Of a stretch of 64,000 nt of DNA, positions 50,718 through 63,216 are shown in pieces. Under the pieces are notes generated by a model. That model searched no databases. It was not told the DNA's origin and saw nothing but the letters and a program-made list of their open reading frames with translations. This stretch comes from Octopus sinensis (lineage: Eukaryota). Both the position numbers and the translations under genes were made by a program. Location: NCBI RefSeq assembly GCF_006345805.1, contig NC_043013.1, forward strand, positions 12,462,001 through 12,526,000, read 5' to 3'. Position 1 is the stretch's first letter. Each line of letters starts with the position of its first letter.

Positions 50718-51121
50718 TCTTTATATATAAAGCTGAAGTTGCCTGTGTGTGGATGTGGCAGGTTTGGTAGCCTTCAACTAACACTATCTCCTCCGAGAAC
50801 CTGCGGTGCAAGTTGACCAAAATTGAGAGTATGATATAAGAAGGCTTGCTCTTCATTCCGTAGAAGAAAAAATTCAAATCGGACCATGTTAACACCAAAA
50901 ATTATTTACATCAAAAAGGTGCTTTTGTACTAAGAAAATCCCTATGTTTTTAACGATTTTTTGACTGCTGTGTCGCCATTTTTCAGTGTATTTCAACCAG
51001 GAAAATGTTCACTTAAAGAGAATAACAAGCTACATAACGCAAAATTTTTACTTTTCGAAAATTCCAATTTTAAAGGGGCGAAAAGAAAATAAACCCAAGC
51101 AACGCCGGGCTATACTGCTAG
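50718..51121 (+). mobile_element. Non-autonomous Helitron (second family)
   Basis: A|TCTTTATATATAAA start, cccaagcaacgccggg hairpin, CTAG|T end. Confidence 0.82.
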
Positions 51122-51623
51122 TATATTATAATACACCATCATTGTCATCATCATCATCATTTAATGTCCATTTTCCATGCTGGCACAGGTTGGACAGAGT
51201 GACAGGAGATGACTAGCTGAAGGGCTATTCTGGTTTCCTGACTGTTTTGGCATGGTCTACTCCTAACGCCACACTGGATACTCTTCCTAGTGCCACATAT
51301 ATATGCCCTGTAAAAGAACTTGGGAGGTTGGGTCTCCAACCAAGCCTTTTATGACACCCTTTAAGCCAGAAACTTTTTTTTCAGCACCCCCTCTATACAC
51401 ACACACACACATATATATATATTATCATCATCATCGTTTAACGTCAGTTTTCTATGCTAGCATGGGTTGGACGGTTCGACTGGGGTTTGGGAAGCCAGGA
51501 GGCTGCACCAGATTCCAGTCTGATCTGGCAGTGTCTCTACAGCTGGATGCCCTCCCTAACACCAACCACTCCGGGAATGTAGTGGGTGCTTTTTACATGC
51601 CACCAGCACAGGGGCCAGAGGTT

Positions 51624-51798
51624 GCTGAAAAGTTCCTGGCTTTAAGGGTGTCACGAAAGTTCTTCTACAGGGCTTTGAAAAACTGAAAGACCACTGCAAT
51701 AAATGAATGAATCTCAGAGGGGAATATGTTAAATGAAATAATAATTAGCAGATCCTCCCCTGTATTTTTTATTTACCCAAAACCAGGAACTTTTTAGC
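51624..51798 (+). mobile_element. mariner-derived MITE
   Basis: 20-bp TIRs, 18/20 match (gctgaaaagttcctggcttt / aaaaccaggaactttttagc). Homologous to 32275-32485. Confidence 0.8.
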
Positions 51799-52214
51799 AT
51801 TCCTTCCATTTCATGTCAAGAATTTTATAAACTTTTGGAAGAATGTGAAATAATTTTGATTTTTAGAGCATCCACTCTCATGGCACATCCTATAAAGCTA
51901 TAAGTAATAGCATGTAAATACTGGGTTGAAAAAAAGCCTTCTGCATAGAAAATGTCAAAAGCTCCTATTTATAGCTGTATGTGCTTTGATCCACAGTTCC
52001 TAAAAAAGAATTTTATATATGTATGTGTGTGTTATTTAAAAAAAATTTTTATCTGAAGAATTATAGATGAGGAATTCTATACATTTTTTTCTACACATAT
52101 ACTTTTGTAGCCCATTTCCAGTAATGAAACCTGTGTATTGTGGAATTAAAGAGTTTCTTAATCCTTATGATGTAAACTACTTTCACACTCACACACACAC
52201 ACACGTACATATAA

Positions 52215-52875
52215 GCTTTGTGAGTGGACTTAGTAGAGGGAAACTGAAAGAAGCACATGTATAAATATGTGTGTGTTTGTCTCTCACTACTGCTTGACAA
52301 CTGGTGTTGGTTTGTTTATATTCCTGTAGCTTAGCAGTTCAACAGAAGGACCCAATGCAATAATTACCAGGCTTTAAAATCAAGTACTAAAGTAGATTTA
52401 CTCAACTAAAACCCCTTTAAGGCGGTGCTCCAGCATGGCCACAGTCTAATGACTGAAACAAGTAGAAGATGAAAGATAATATATGTGCAGGCATGGCTGT
52501 GTGGTAAGTAGCTTGCTTACCAACCACATGATTCTGGATTCAGTCCCACTGCATGGCATCTTGAGCAAGTGTCTTCTACTATAGCCTCGGGCCGCCCAAA
52601 GCCTTGTGAGTGGATTTGGTAGACGGAAACTGAAAGAAGCCCATCACATATGTATAGATATATATATGTGTGTGTGTGTGTGTTTCCGCCATCGCTTGAC
52701 CATCAAAGCTGGTTTGTTTACATCTCTGTAACTTAGCGGTTCAGCAAAAAGAAACTGATAGAATAAGTACTAGGCTTTAAAAAAATAAGTCCTGTGGTCA
52801 ATTTATTCAATGAAAACCCTTTAAGGCGGTGCTCCAGCATGGCCACAGTCGAATGACTGAAACAAGTTAAAGAAA
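52215..52875 (+). mobile_element. Two tandem SINE family A copies (partial plus full)
   Basis: Tail ending at ~52470 is followed by a new head at ~52487. Confidence 0.88.
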
Positions 52876-53248
52876 AAAAGAATATGTATTCACACACGCA
52901 CACAAACACACATACACGCATACTCCTGTACCCTTTTCTTCAATTACTATAGTAAAACTGATCACAGCCTTTACTATATACTCTTTTATCTCGTAGTTAA
53001 CCATCTTTCCATTTTATTTTCTATACTTCTTACTGCCTGCTTGTTTTGCAATTTTATATATTTGTTATTAGTCTTTATTTAGTATATTTTTATATTTTAT
53101 TTGTTATATATTCGTTTAAATTGCTTTAACACTGTGTTTTTGCCCGCCCGCCTACCCTCCCAGTCCCTTGCTTTGCCAACTAACCAACAATATATTAAAA
53201 AAGCTATTTCTAACTTTTTAAAAGAGTCTACCCTGTATTGCATGGCAG

Positions 53249-53441
53249 ATGGCATCGGAAGAAATCCAGCTCGACCTCGAAGAGACAAATACGGTCGATG
53301 AAGATCACCCACATAGGAAAAAACGCCGATCTTGGAAGAATCATCGAGTCGACGTAGAGGAAGGCTTATATGCTTGCGATCAATGTGATAAAATGTTTAG
53401 CAAGCAGAGTTCACTTGCTAGGCATAAATACGAACATTCAG
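53249..53441 (+). CDS. zfh1: zfh1/ZEB exon with the first finger of the C-terminal cluster
   Basis: Phase-0 acceptor ggcAG (53248) matches the donor at 43735. Encodes [26 protein letters not shown]. Donor CAG|GTAAAA at 53442 is phase 1. Confidence 0.95.
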
Positions 53442-53600
53442 GTAAAAACTAGCATTTGATGACCTCTGTGAGGGGGGGGGGAATGTACATATGCAGTGTT
53501 TGGTGAATGTCTTGGATAGGTTGTATGAGAAGGAGGTGAGGTTTTGTGGTGGTGGTAGTAAAAAGTAATAGATAATTCAAGGAAGAGGAAAAAAGATGAG

Positions 53601-53969
53601 ATGATAAATAATTGGTTAGATCCCTTCCGAGTCATACAGTCACAGAGGGCCGGTTTCCCACTTTCTGAAGAACATGTGTTTTTTTGGGGTTTTTTTCCCT
53701 TGGACAAGGAGTCGATCTGTTGCAGGATTACCCATTTTTGCCAGCTGAGTGGACAGGAGCAACGTGAAATAAAGTGTTTTGCTCAATGATAAATAATTGG
53801 TTAGATCCCTTCCGAGTCATACAGACACAGAGGGCCGGTTTCCCACTTTCTGAAGAACATGTGTTTTTTGGTTTTTTTTCCCCTTGGACAAGGAATCGAT
53901 CTGTTGCAGGATTACTCATTTTTGCCAGCTGAGTGGACAGGAGCAACGTGAAATAAAGTGTTTTGCTCA
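53601..53969. repeat. Tandem duplication, ~185 bp x 2, overlapping a family I SINE
   Basis: 53601-53785 and 53786-53969 are near-identical. Confidence 0.92.
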
Positions 53970-54433
53970 AGAACACAATGCGTCACCCAGTCCCGGAATC
54001 GAAACCACAATCTTACAATCATGAGCCCAACACCCTAACTACTAATCCATGTAACGCCACAAATGATTGGTTAGGTTGAGTATGGACATAGTGGCAGGGA
54101 TGGAGAGTGCAGCATAAGGGTATGGGCATGTGATTGGTGCCATGAATGGTCACATGATAGTAATATATGATAATAGGCCAGAGTAGACAGGGATCTTGTG
54201 ATATTTACCAATATTGTATTCGTGGAAAGAAAGACTAACCATCTGTAAAATGTGAAAAGTGGTCATTTAGGTGTTAGCATGACCACCTTCTAACACTATT
54301 GGTTTGGATTCAATCTCATTCTGCAGCACACCTTAGATAAGTGTCTTCTACAATAGCCCAAGGCTGACCAGTTTCATTTAGAACTAGATCAGCTCTCTCT
54401 CTCTATATATATATATATATGTGTGTGTGTGTA

Positions 54434-54485
<52 letters not shown>

Positions 54486-54587
54486 ATATACATGCACACA
54501 CACACATATATATATATATAAAACACTTCAAGCATGACCAAAGTCCAGTGACTAAAACAATTAAAAAATTATTACTACCACTACTAC

Positions 54588-54620
<33 letters not shown>

Positions 54621-55387
54621 CATTAAGGATGACAGATTGGCAAAATGGTTGGTGTTGGACAAAATTTTTTTACATAATTTAATTTTGGCTCTTTATATTC
54701 TGAGTTCAAATGCTGCTGAAGTCAACTTTGCCTCTTTCATCCTTCTGGGGTCAGTATAAAACCACACTGAATAAGGGGTAGCTCAGAATTGAAACAAAAG
54801 CTGTGCATTTCAATGGAAGCATGGTAAAAAGCAAAAATAGGGGTTAGGTCAGGGTGGGAGGTAAAAAGGGTATGGTCATTTTGTACATGCAAAGAAAGAA
54901 GAAAAAATGGAAAAAGATGGGAAGGTCATAGCTGGAAGACCTTTCATCCCAAATCTGATTTAAATAGTGCTGATCTAGTTCTAAAAAAAAAATCATGTTA
55001 TTTGAAAGAAGATGTTTGCCATTTCTGGTTGGAATTGGTGAATAAATTGGGAGTGTAGTTCTTGTTTCTTTGATATCCATACATTTAGTTGTGTTTTTGG
55101 GAGGATCGTTTGGCCAATAATAATACATGAACAGGTTCGATTCCACTTCTTTATTATTATTAGTCAAATGGTTAAGCATCTAACCATGTAATCAATGATT
55201 TTTTGGTTTAAATCAGCGACTCTCAACCAGAGTGCATATTAGATTTTTGGGGGTCCATGGATGCAATATAGTAAATTGGGGGTCCACAGTAATTTTTCAG
55301 AAGGCATAAAAAAAATTATGCTGCAGACCAGTAAAGTTTGTGCCATAAATTGGTTATGCGTCCACAATACACAAAATATCTTAATGT

Positions 55388-55650
55388 ATGGTGTAGTGGT
55401 TAACAGTGTGTGCTACTAACCCCAAGATTCCAAGTTCGATTCCAGGCAGTGACCTGAATAATAATAATAATAACATCAAAAAATACCTTAAGAATGAGAA
55501 CCCAGGTTCGAAATTTCCCCAAGACACCTGATATAGGTTGGAGGGTGTATCAGCCGAAACGTTGTGTTAAGAACAAACAAGATGAGGACAAATATCCGTC
55601 AAATGTAAATAATGTACATAATTCCTCATCTCTTAAATATAGAACTGAAT
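55388..55650 (+). mobile_element. SINE-like element with a tRNA-like head and a downstream minimal hammerhead fold
   Basis: Box A-like TGGTGTAGTGGTT (55389), CTACTAA anticodon-like loop, box B GTTCGATTCC (55434). Then gacac-CTGATAT-A-GGTTG..CAGCC-GAAAC-GTT-gtgtt (55523-55568). Confidence 0.65.
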
Positions 55651-56625
55651 TTTTATATAATTCCTAATAATATTTAATCATAAAAATATTGTAGGATTTT
55701 TTAAACCTTTTAGCATTTAACCCTTTAGTATTTAAACCGGCCATATCCAGCCAAAATAGCTAGTCTGCTTTATGTTCAAACTGACCAGATCCAGGCTCTC
55801 ACACCTACCCTACAATGTTATTCTACATTAGGTAATTACACCATCAAGATCTTGAAGATATGAGATAATGCATGATTAATTCAAATCAATGGGAATCAAT
55901 AAGCATTATGTTTGATAGAATAATCTGAACACTAAAGGGATCAAACCAGCCAGATCTAGCCCATATATTCTAATAATATATGGGGTCAGCCAGATCTGGC
56001 CTCTCACACCTACCCAATAATGTCGTTCTAAAAATATAAAGCTACAAGACAACCTAGGATTAATTCAAATCGATGTGAATTAATAAGAATTACATTTGGC
56101 AGAATAATCTGAATGCTAAAGGATTAGACATTGAAAGGGTACAGGGGTGGGGGTCCACCCAAGTAAAAATAGCAATCAAAAGGGGCCATAGGTAAATGAA
56201 AGGTTGAGAACCCCTGATTTAAACAATTTCTTCTTGACCTTTTCAGTGACTTAGTTAATACCCCGCTTCCTAAAACAACTAAATATTGACACCAGATACT
56301 CACCACCACTACCACCACCTACCCTTGTTGTCTAAATTACCTTGAAGAAGAAGAAGAAAAAGAGAGAGAAGTAAAACAGAACAAAGTGTTTGAACTTTTA
56401 ACCTTTACTGAATTGCCTCCATTTGTTTTTTTCTTTCTTTGTCCTTTCCCAGTCAACAAGTAGTTGTTGTCAGGTAGGATGGTAGGTGAGAATGGTTGAG
56501 ATGTGCCAGATTAGAAATGGTAAAGGAATCTCTTTGTGTAGAAGTCTTGCTGCTGTTCTTTGCTTATTATTGTTATTGTTCTAGATCTTTCTAGCCAATA
56601 TTGGATCAGGTTATATATGTGCTTG

Positions 56626-56666
<41 letters not shown>

Positions 56667-56770
56667 GAGTAATAGAGAATATGGACTCAGAGAATGTGTG
56701 TATGTATGTAAATATATATGTATATGTATGTGTGTATACATACATTCGTGTGTGTGTGTGTGTGTATATA

Positions 56771-56805
<35 letters not shown>

Positions 56806-56927
56806 ATATATATAGGAGTAATAGAAAATATGGACTCGGAGAATGTGTATATATGTACATGTATATGTATCCATATATGTGTTTATATTTATGTGTATGC
56901 ATACATACATTCATGTGTGTGTATATG

Positions 56928-56959
<32 letters not shown>

Positions 56960-57602
56960 TATATAATTCTTCTTATAACTTTGTGTCATCTTCCTTTTAC
57001 ACAATGTCTATGTAGTGTCAGAGGGTCTTTTTTTTATTTTGTTGTGTTTGTTTTTTTATCTATTATTCTTATTACTTTTTGTTCTGGTGGCAGGGTGGGG
57101 GTAAGGTCTAGAAAATAAGATAATACCATTAAAATAGAGCATAGTTTGAACATTTCCCTTTCCTTCTATCTCTTCTTATTCCAAAGTATTTCTCATTTCA
57201 TTCCTTAAAAACTTATTCACTTATTCTCAATTCCCTTAATTCCATAAGATTCTTACGGCACCGACAAGAGATCACCATCTGTCTTGGCATTTTCCATGGC
57301 GTATTTATTCCCCACCTGGGACAGGATGCCGTCCTTTGCAGGATTACTTATTTTTACCTGTTGGATGGACTGAAGCATAGTGAAATAAAGTGTCTTGCTC
57401 AAGAACACAATGTCTCACCCGGTCCAGGGATTGAAACCACAATCTTATGATCATGAGTCCAACACCCTAACCACTAAGCCACCTGCTCCACAGTGCCCTA
57501 CCTTCTGAGTTCATACCCAGCTGAGGTCAGCTTCGTCTTTTCTTCTTTCTGGGTCAGTAAAATATAAAATACCATTTAAGTACTGATGGTCAACATAATA
57601 AG

Positions 57603-57710
57603 GTGCAGTCATGGCTATGTGGTAAGAAGCTGGATTCCCAACCACATGGTTCTGGGTTCGGTCCCACTGTGTGGCACCTTGGGCAAATGTCTTCTACTAT
57701 AGTCTCAGGC
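57603..57710 (+). mobile_element. SINE family A head fragment
   Basis: catggctatgtggtaagaagc...ggttcggtcccact. Confidence 0.8.
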
Positions 57711-59012
57711 CAATCTCAACACCACTATCACGAATTCAAGTTCGGCTCTGCTACTTCAATGAAACATTTAGCAAATTTGTCATGTACCCACGTCAAAAAG
57801 GATCTTGTATGCAGCTAGTTCACTTGCTAAAAATGGTAGCCAAATATCCATCAAATCACACTATGACATCTTTTAAAAGAAAAGGAAGGACACTTTGGAT
57901 TGATAGTTTTAGATTCAGCAAGTTTATAGTGTAATGATAAGTCAAAAGGGGTTCCGTATGTGGCTAGTTCATTTGCTAAAAACAACAATCAAATATCTAT
58001 CAAATCACATCCGGGAAAAAGGAAGGGCACATACACGTATCTGTGATGGGCTTCTATACAGTTTTCATGTACCAAATTCACTCAGAAAGCAGTGGTCAAT
58101 CTAGAACTATAATATAAAAGACACTTGCCTAAAGTGCCCTGCACTGGGAGTGAACCCCAAAACCTTGGGGTTGCAAGGCTAGCTTCTTCACTGCACAGCC
58201 ATGCCTATGCCAATTCTAAACCAATATCTATATTATTATCTCTTGTCAAATTCTCCAGAACCATTCACATTAGAGAGGGTAGGGTATTCTTTTGAGAAGG
58301 AGGTTTTTGGCTGCTCTTTCTAGCAAATTGCACAACCCACACACCCATCCATCCATGTCAAGGGTTTGGGTCTGGGTGTATCAAGCTACTTACATTGTAG
58401 CACTTTTAGTTAAGTCCTCTCTTCCTTTCAATTAATCCTTCCTCTGATTAATCCTCTCCTGAATCACTCTTGTCATGGACACCAGGTGTCACCACCAGGT
58501 AATTGGCCAGGTTGTTAGGGGTAGTGAAGGGGTGGAGTGATTGTGTTTTGTTTAAGAAGCTGTATGTATAAACCGTCATCGTCATTTAACTTCCACTTTT
58601 CCATGCTTGCATGGGTCGGATAGAGTTTACATATGTACACTGAATTAATCCTTCAGAATTTAAACCATCCATGTCCAATCCAAATTATTCTACAAGTTTT
58701 ATGTTCCAACTGACCAGATCCAACTTCTCACACCTGCCCTACAATGTCAGTTTTAAAATAAACAATCACATCATTGATATCTTGAATCTGTGAGATGATG
58801 CATAATTAATTCAAAACAATCTGAATAAATAGGGTTTGCATTTGATAGAGCAATCTGATTGCTAAAGGACTAGATCATGCATACAAGTACTAGTCTTAAG
58901 GAGCAGTGGCTGCCAATAAGAAAAAAACTAGGGCCTTCAAGACCCATTCAACTCATACCAGTTGGAAAAAGTGGATATAAGATAATGATGATGAATGTAT
59001 CTTTGTACCTAT

Positions 59013-59046
<34 letters not shown>

Positions 59047-59227
59047 CTGTCATTCTATTTTTCTTTCCGTCTATTTATCTGTCTATCAATCTATCTCTTA
59101 TCCCTCCAGCTGTCTGTCTAGCTCAAGATATACAATAATCCCTCGCCATATCGCGGTTTATTATTTAAGCTTATGTCAATTCCTCCGTGGTGTTGTTTTG
59201 CATTTATAATAAAATAAATATATATAA

Positions 59228-59575
59228 ATTATAAGAATACAGATACATAAGTAGCTTGTTTACCAACCACATGGTTCCGCATTCATTCCCACTGCGTGGA
59301 ACCTTGGGCAAGTGTTTTCCACTATAGCCTCGGGCCAACCAAAGCCTTGACGAAAACTGAAAGAAGCCCGTCATATATGTATGTGTGCGTGTCCCACCAA
59401 CATCGCTTGACAACTGACGGTGGTATGTTTACGTCCCCGTAACTTAGCAGTTCGGCAAAACAGTCTGATAGAATAAGTACTAGGCTTACAAAGAACAAGA
59501 CTCGGGGTCGATTTGCTCGACTAAATGTGGTGCTCCAGCATGGCTGCAGTCAAATGACTGAAACAAGTAAAAGAG
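59228..59575 (+). mobile_element. SINE family A, near full length
   Basis: taagtagcttg...gaaacaagtaaaagag; the last SINE copy seen in the window. Confidence 0.88.
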
Positions 59576-59852
59576 TATATATAGTGTAGTACTGTTTCTA
59601 CCTTGCCAATTTTCACCAATCGTGGGGCGAGGTTTAGAAAGTAACACCCGTAATAGTCGAGGGGTTATTGTATATATGTAACAGTTTGTAATTCCACCCT
59701 TTTTTTGTCTCCTCTCATTTCTGTATTATCTTCCTGTCTTCTGCCCCTAAAAGTATACATCCCACTGCTTCCTTTTCCATTGAACTTGTTCACTAATACT
59801 TGTGTCTTTTCTTTTCTTTTCACATGTTCCTGAATCTTCCCCCCACTGGCAG

Positions 59853-60076
59853 GAGCACGTCCGTTTGTGTGCGATGAGTGCCCGAAGGCGTTCAAACACA
59901 AGCACCACCTAACCGAACACAAGCGGCTGCACAGCGGTGAAAAACCATTCCAGTGCAAGAAGTGCTCCAAGCGCTTCAGTCATTCTGGTTCTTACAGCCA
60001 ACACATGAATCACCGCTACAAATACTGCAAACCACCGAAGCATGACGAGGAGGAAGACATCGGCGCGAATGAGTGA
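59853..60076 (+). CDS. zfh1: zfh1/ZEB terminal coding exon with the last two C2H2 fingers and stop
   Basis: Phase-1 acceptor cccactggcAG (59852). Encodes (G)[55 protein letters not shown], with TGA at 60074-60076. Confidence 0.97.
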
Positions 60077-61208
60077 ATGGGCCACTTACATCATCAGAAA
60101 CAACATCAAACTACCACTACTACTACTATGATTACTACTGCTACTACTACTACTACAACTCCTTCTACAACTAGTTCTACTACTACTACTATTATTGCTA
60201 TGTCATCCATGTTAACAATTGCATCGATAACATCAACACTGCCACTTTGCTTCATTGACAACAACAACAACAACACCACTGACAACAACAACTAACAACA
60301 TACAACTACATCATCAACCGCAACAACAGTTACACCTCCACCACCTCCACTGCCACTTTGCTGAGTAACAACAACAACAACTACACGAACAACGGCAAGT
60401 ACATCAGCATCGTCATTATCATTATGATCATCGTAATCGTCGTCATCATTACCATTAAACGTCATCGTTATCATTATGTTCAACGGGAATAACTGTCATT
60501 ATTAAAATAGTTATAGCATCAATATTGGTTTTTTAAAAAAAATTTTTCTTTTTTTTTTTTTAAATAGCCACAATAATAATAATAATATAATAATAATAAT
60601 AATAATAATAACAATAATAACTATAATAATCATGATAATGATGATGATAATAATAATCATGATAATAGTAATAATAATATCTTTCCCTCCTCCCCAAACA
60701 CACATGAAGAATCACAGAAAATGGTGCTGGAGAGAAACGGCAATAATGAGTACAACTGGTACCATCAACACATACCCTTCTCTTCCATTTCTACTTCACA
60801 TATATGTACACTATATACACACATGTACATATGTGTATATATATATACACATAAACGCATGTACTTTGGGCTACAGAAGTGTTGTGTTCCTGGAAAAATC
60901 TTGCTGTGATGTGGAATTTCAAAATGCAAAATTTATTTTCACATTTGGCTTTCTCTGTTACATGACATGAGTAATGGTAAGGAACTTGCATTTTGCTTTA
61001 CAGAATTCTGTGCTGAGGCACCAGTTCCACGAACAAAACATATCTGAAATCCTGGAGATACCTGTATGTTTGCATATATATATATAAACGTACATATATA
61101 TGTATGTGTGTGTACAATGTATATATAAATCACAGATGGGACCACAACAAAAAGATGAGAATGATGATGGTGATGATGATGATAGGAGGAGGGAGAAGCT
61201 TATGTTTA

Positions 61209-61270
<62 letters not shown>

Positions 61271-61769
61271 GAACAGCAGTATCTACCATGGGATTCCAAG
61301 GAATGGAAATGCAGAAGTAATAATTATTAGAAATAAAAATCATTATTAAAACAATTAAGCAACCAAATGAAAACTCTATTATATCACTTAATTAAAACAG
61401 AAACAACAACCATAACAACACTAACAAAGAACATGGTCAAAACCACATGAAGGTCAGAGGTCATATGTACAATTTTCCTCCGCCTACCACCTCACCCTCC
61501 TTCCTTCTGCTATAAATAACATCCCTTACACCTCAGGATTCAAAGGATGATGGTGCATGCAATCACCACTTCTCTCACTACCACCACCACCACAACTCCC
61601 ACCACTTCCATATTTGGTATGCCCTAACTATACATGATATTCCTGCTGCTCCCTAAATTTGGTCACATTTTAATATAATAATTCCTTGGTGGGGATAGCA
61701 CTTTCCCTTGTTTGTTGGTATGATATACATACTTCCATATCTATCCATTTAAAGATATATACATATAGG

Positions 61770-61818
<49 letters not shown>

Positions 61819-63170
61819 CAAGTATAATATATATGTATGTATATGTATAATATATATGTATGTATATGTATAATATATATGTATGTACATGTATAATATA
61901 TATGTATGTATATGTATAATATATATGTATGTACAAGTATAATATATATGTATGTATATGTATAATATATACCTATATATAAGTATAATATATATGATGC
62001 ACATATATATTTATATATGTGCACATGTGTATATATTTTTGTTTGATAGATTTTTGGAAATTTTTATATTTTTTTTTAGGGATTTGATTTTTTAATGTCT
62101 ATTTTAGTGCCTTTACTTCTTTCCCTTTTCTATGTGCATACATAATATGAATAAAAAAAAAGGCACATGTACACACACATGCAGATGCACACTTGCACGC
62201 AACACTCATTTGCATATATGGTATGCATAAATGTATAAACATTAGATCTATATACATACATATCTATCATAACGCGTACACACATATATATATATATGTG
62301 TCGCATATATACGTACATACACACACACACATGTAGGTATGTATGTATATGCATATATATATGTGTATATATGCATGTATGTGTGTGTTTTTTTTTCTCT
62401 TTTTCTATAAGAAAATGCAATATGAGAAATATTAGGAAAAAAATAATAAAGGACATCATAAATGGTGGTGGTGGTGGTGGTGAAAGTGTGGTGTGGTGAC
62501 ATAGATTATGGTCAAGGAAGAATATTCTGGGCACAGACATGCACACACACACAATATTATACATACATAATTCAGATTTTTTTTTTTTTTTCATTTTTTC
62601 ACCCCCGTGTCTTTCCTCAAGTAACTTCTCATTTTATGTTGTTTTTTTTTTGTTTTTTTTTTACCTCCTCCTTGCTCATAAAATACTGGAAAAAAATCAC
62701 CAATAGCAGTAATGTTAATAATAATAATACACCAACAAAATGGCTACATTAACAACAGCAACAGCATCATCATCTGTCTTCAATGTTGAGTGGAAAAGTA
62801 AAAGAAACAGTGGTGATGATAAAATAAAGAAATGATAATTAAATCTGAAATAAGACAAAATACAAATTATAAAAAAAAAAAATATATATATATATATATA
62901 TACATATATATATAAAACAAACAAACAAGAAAATATTGAAATCTGTATAAAATATTGATTGATATCAAAACTCTGAGACCCACTTTCCTCTTTGAATGAA
63001 GAAATGAACTTATATGACCTGACCGTATATTATTCTTAGTTCCCTTGAATTTCAACTTTTTTTTTGTCCGTGGGTAAAAAGAAAATAAACCAAATAACAA
63101 AACATATGTATAACAGAAATATAAAAATGATAAAAAAGGTATAAAAAATAGAGGGGTTTAATTCTCCCCC

Positions 63171-63216
<46 letters not shown>

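Noticed and set aside
53101-53301. Alternative-frame ORF overlapping the start of exon 53249
   Set aside because: Wrong frame for the finger, starts at TTG in intronic sequence, and shows no homology.
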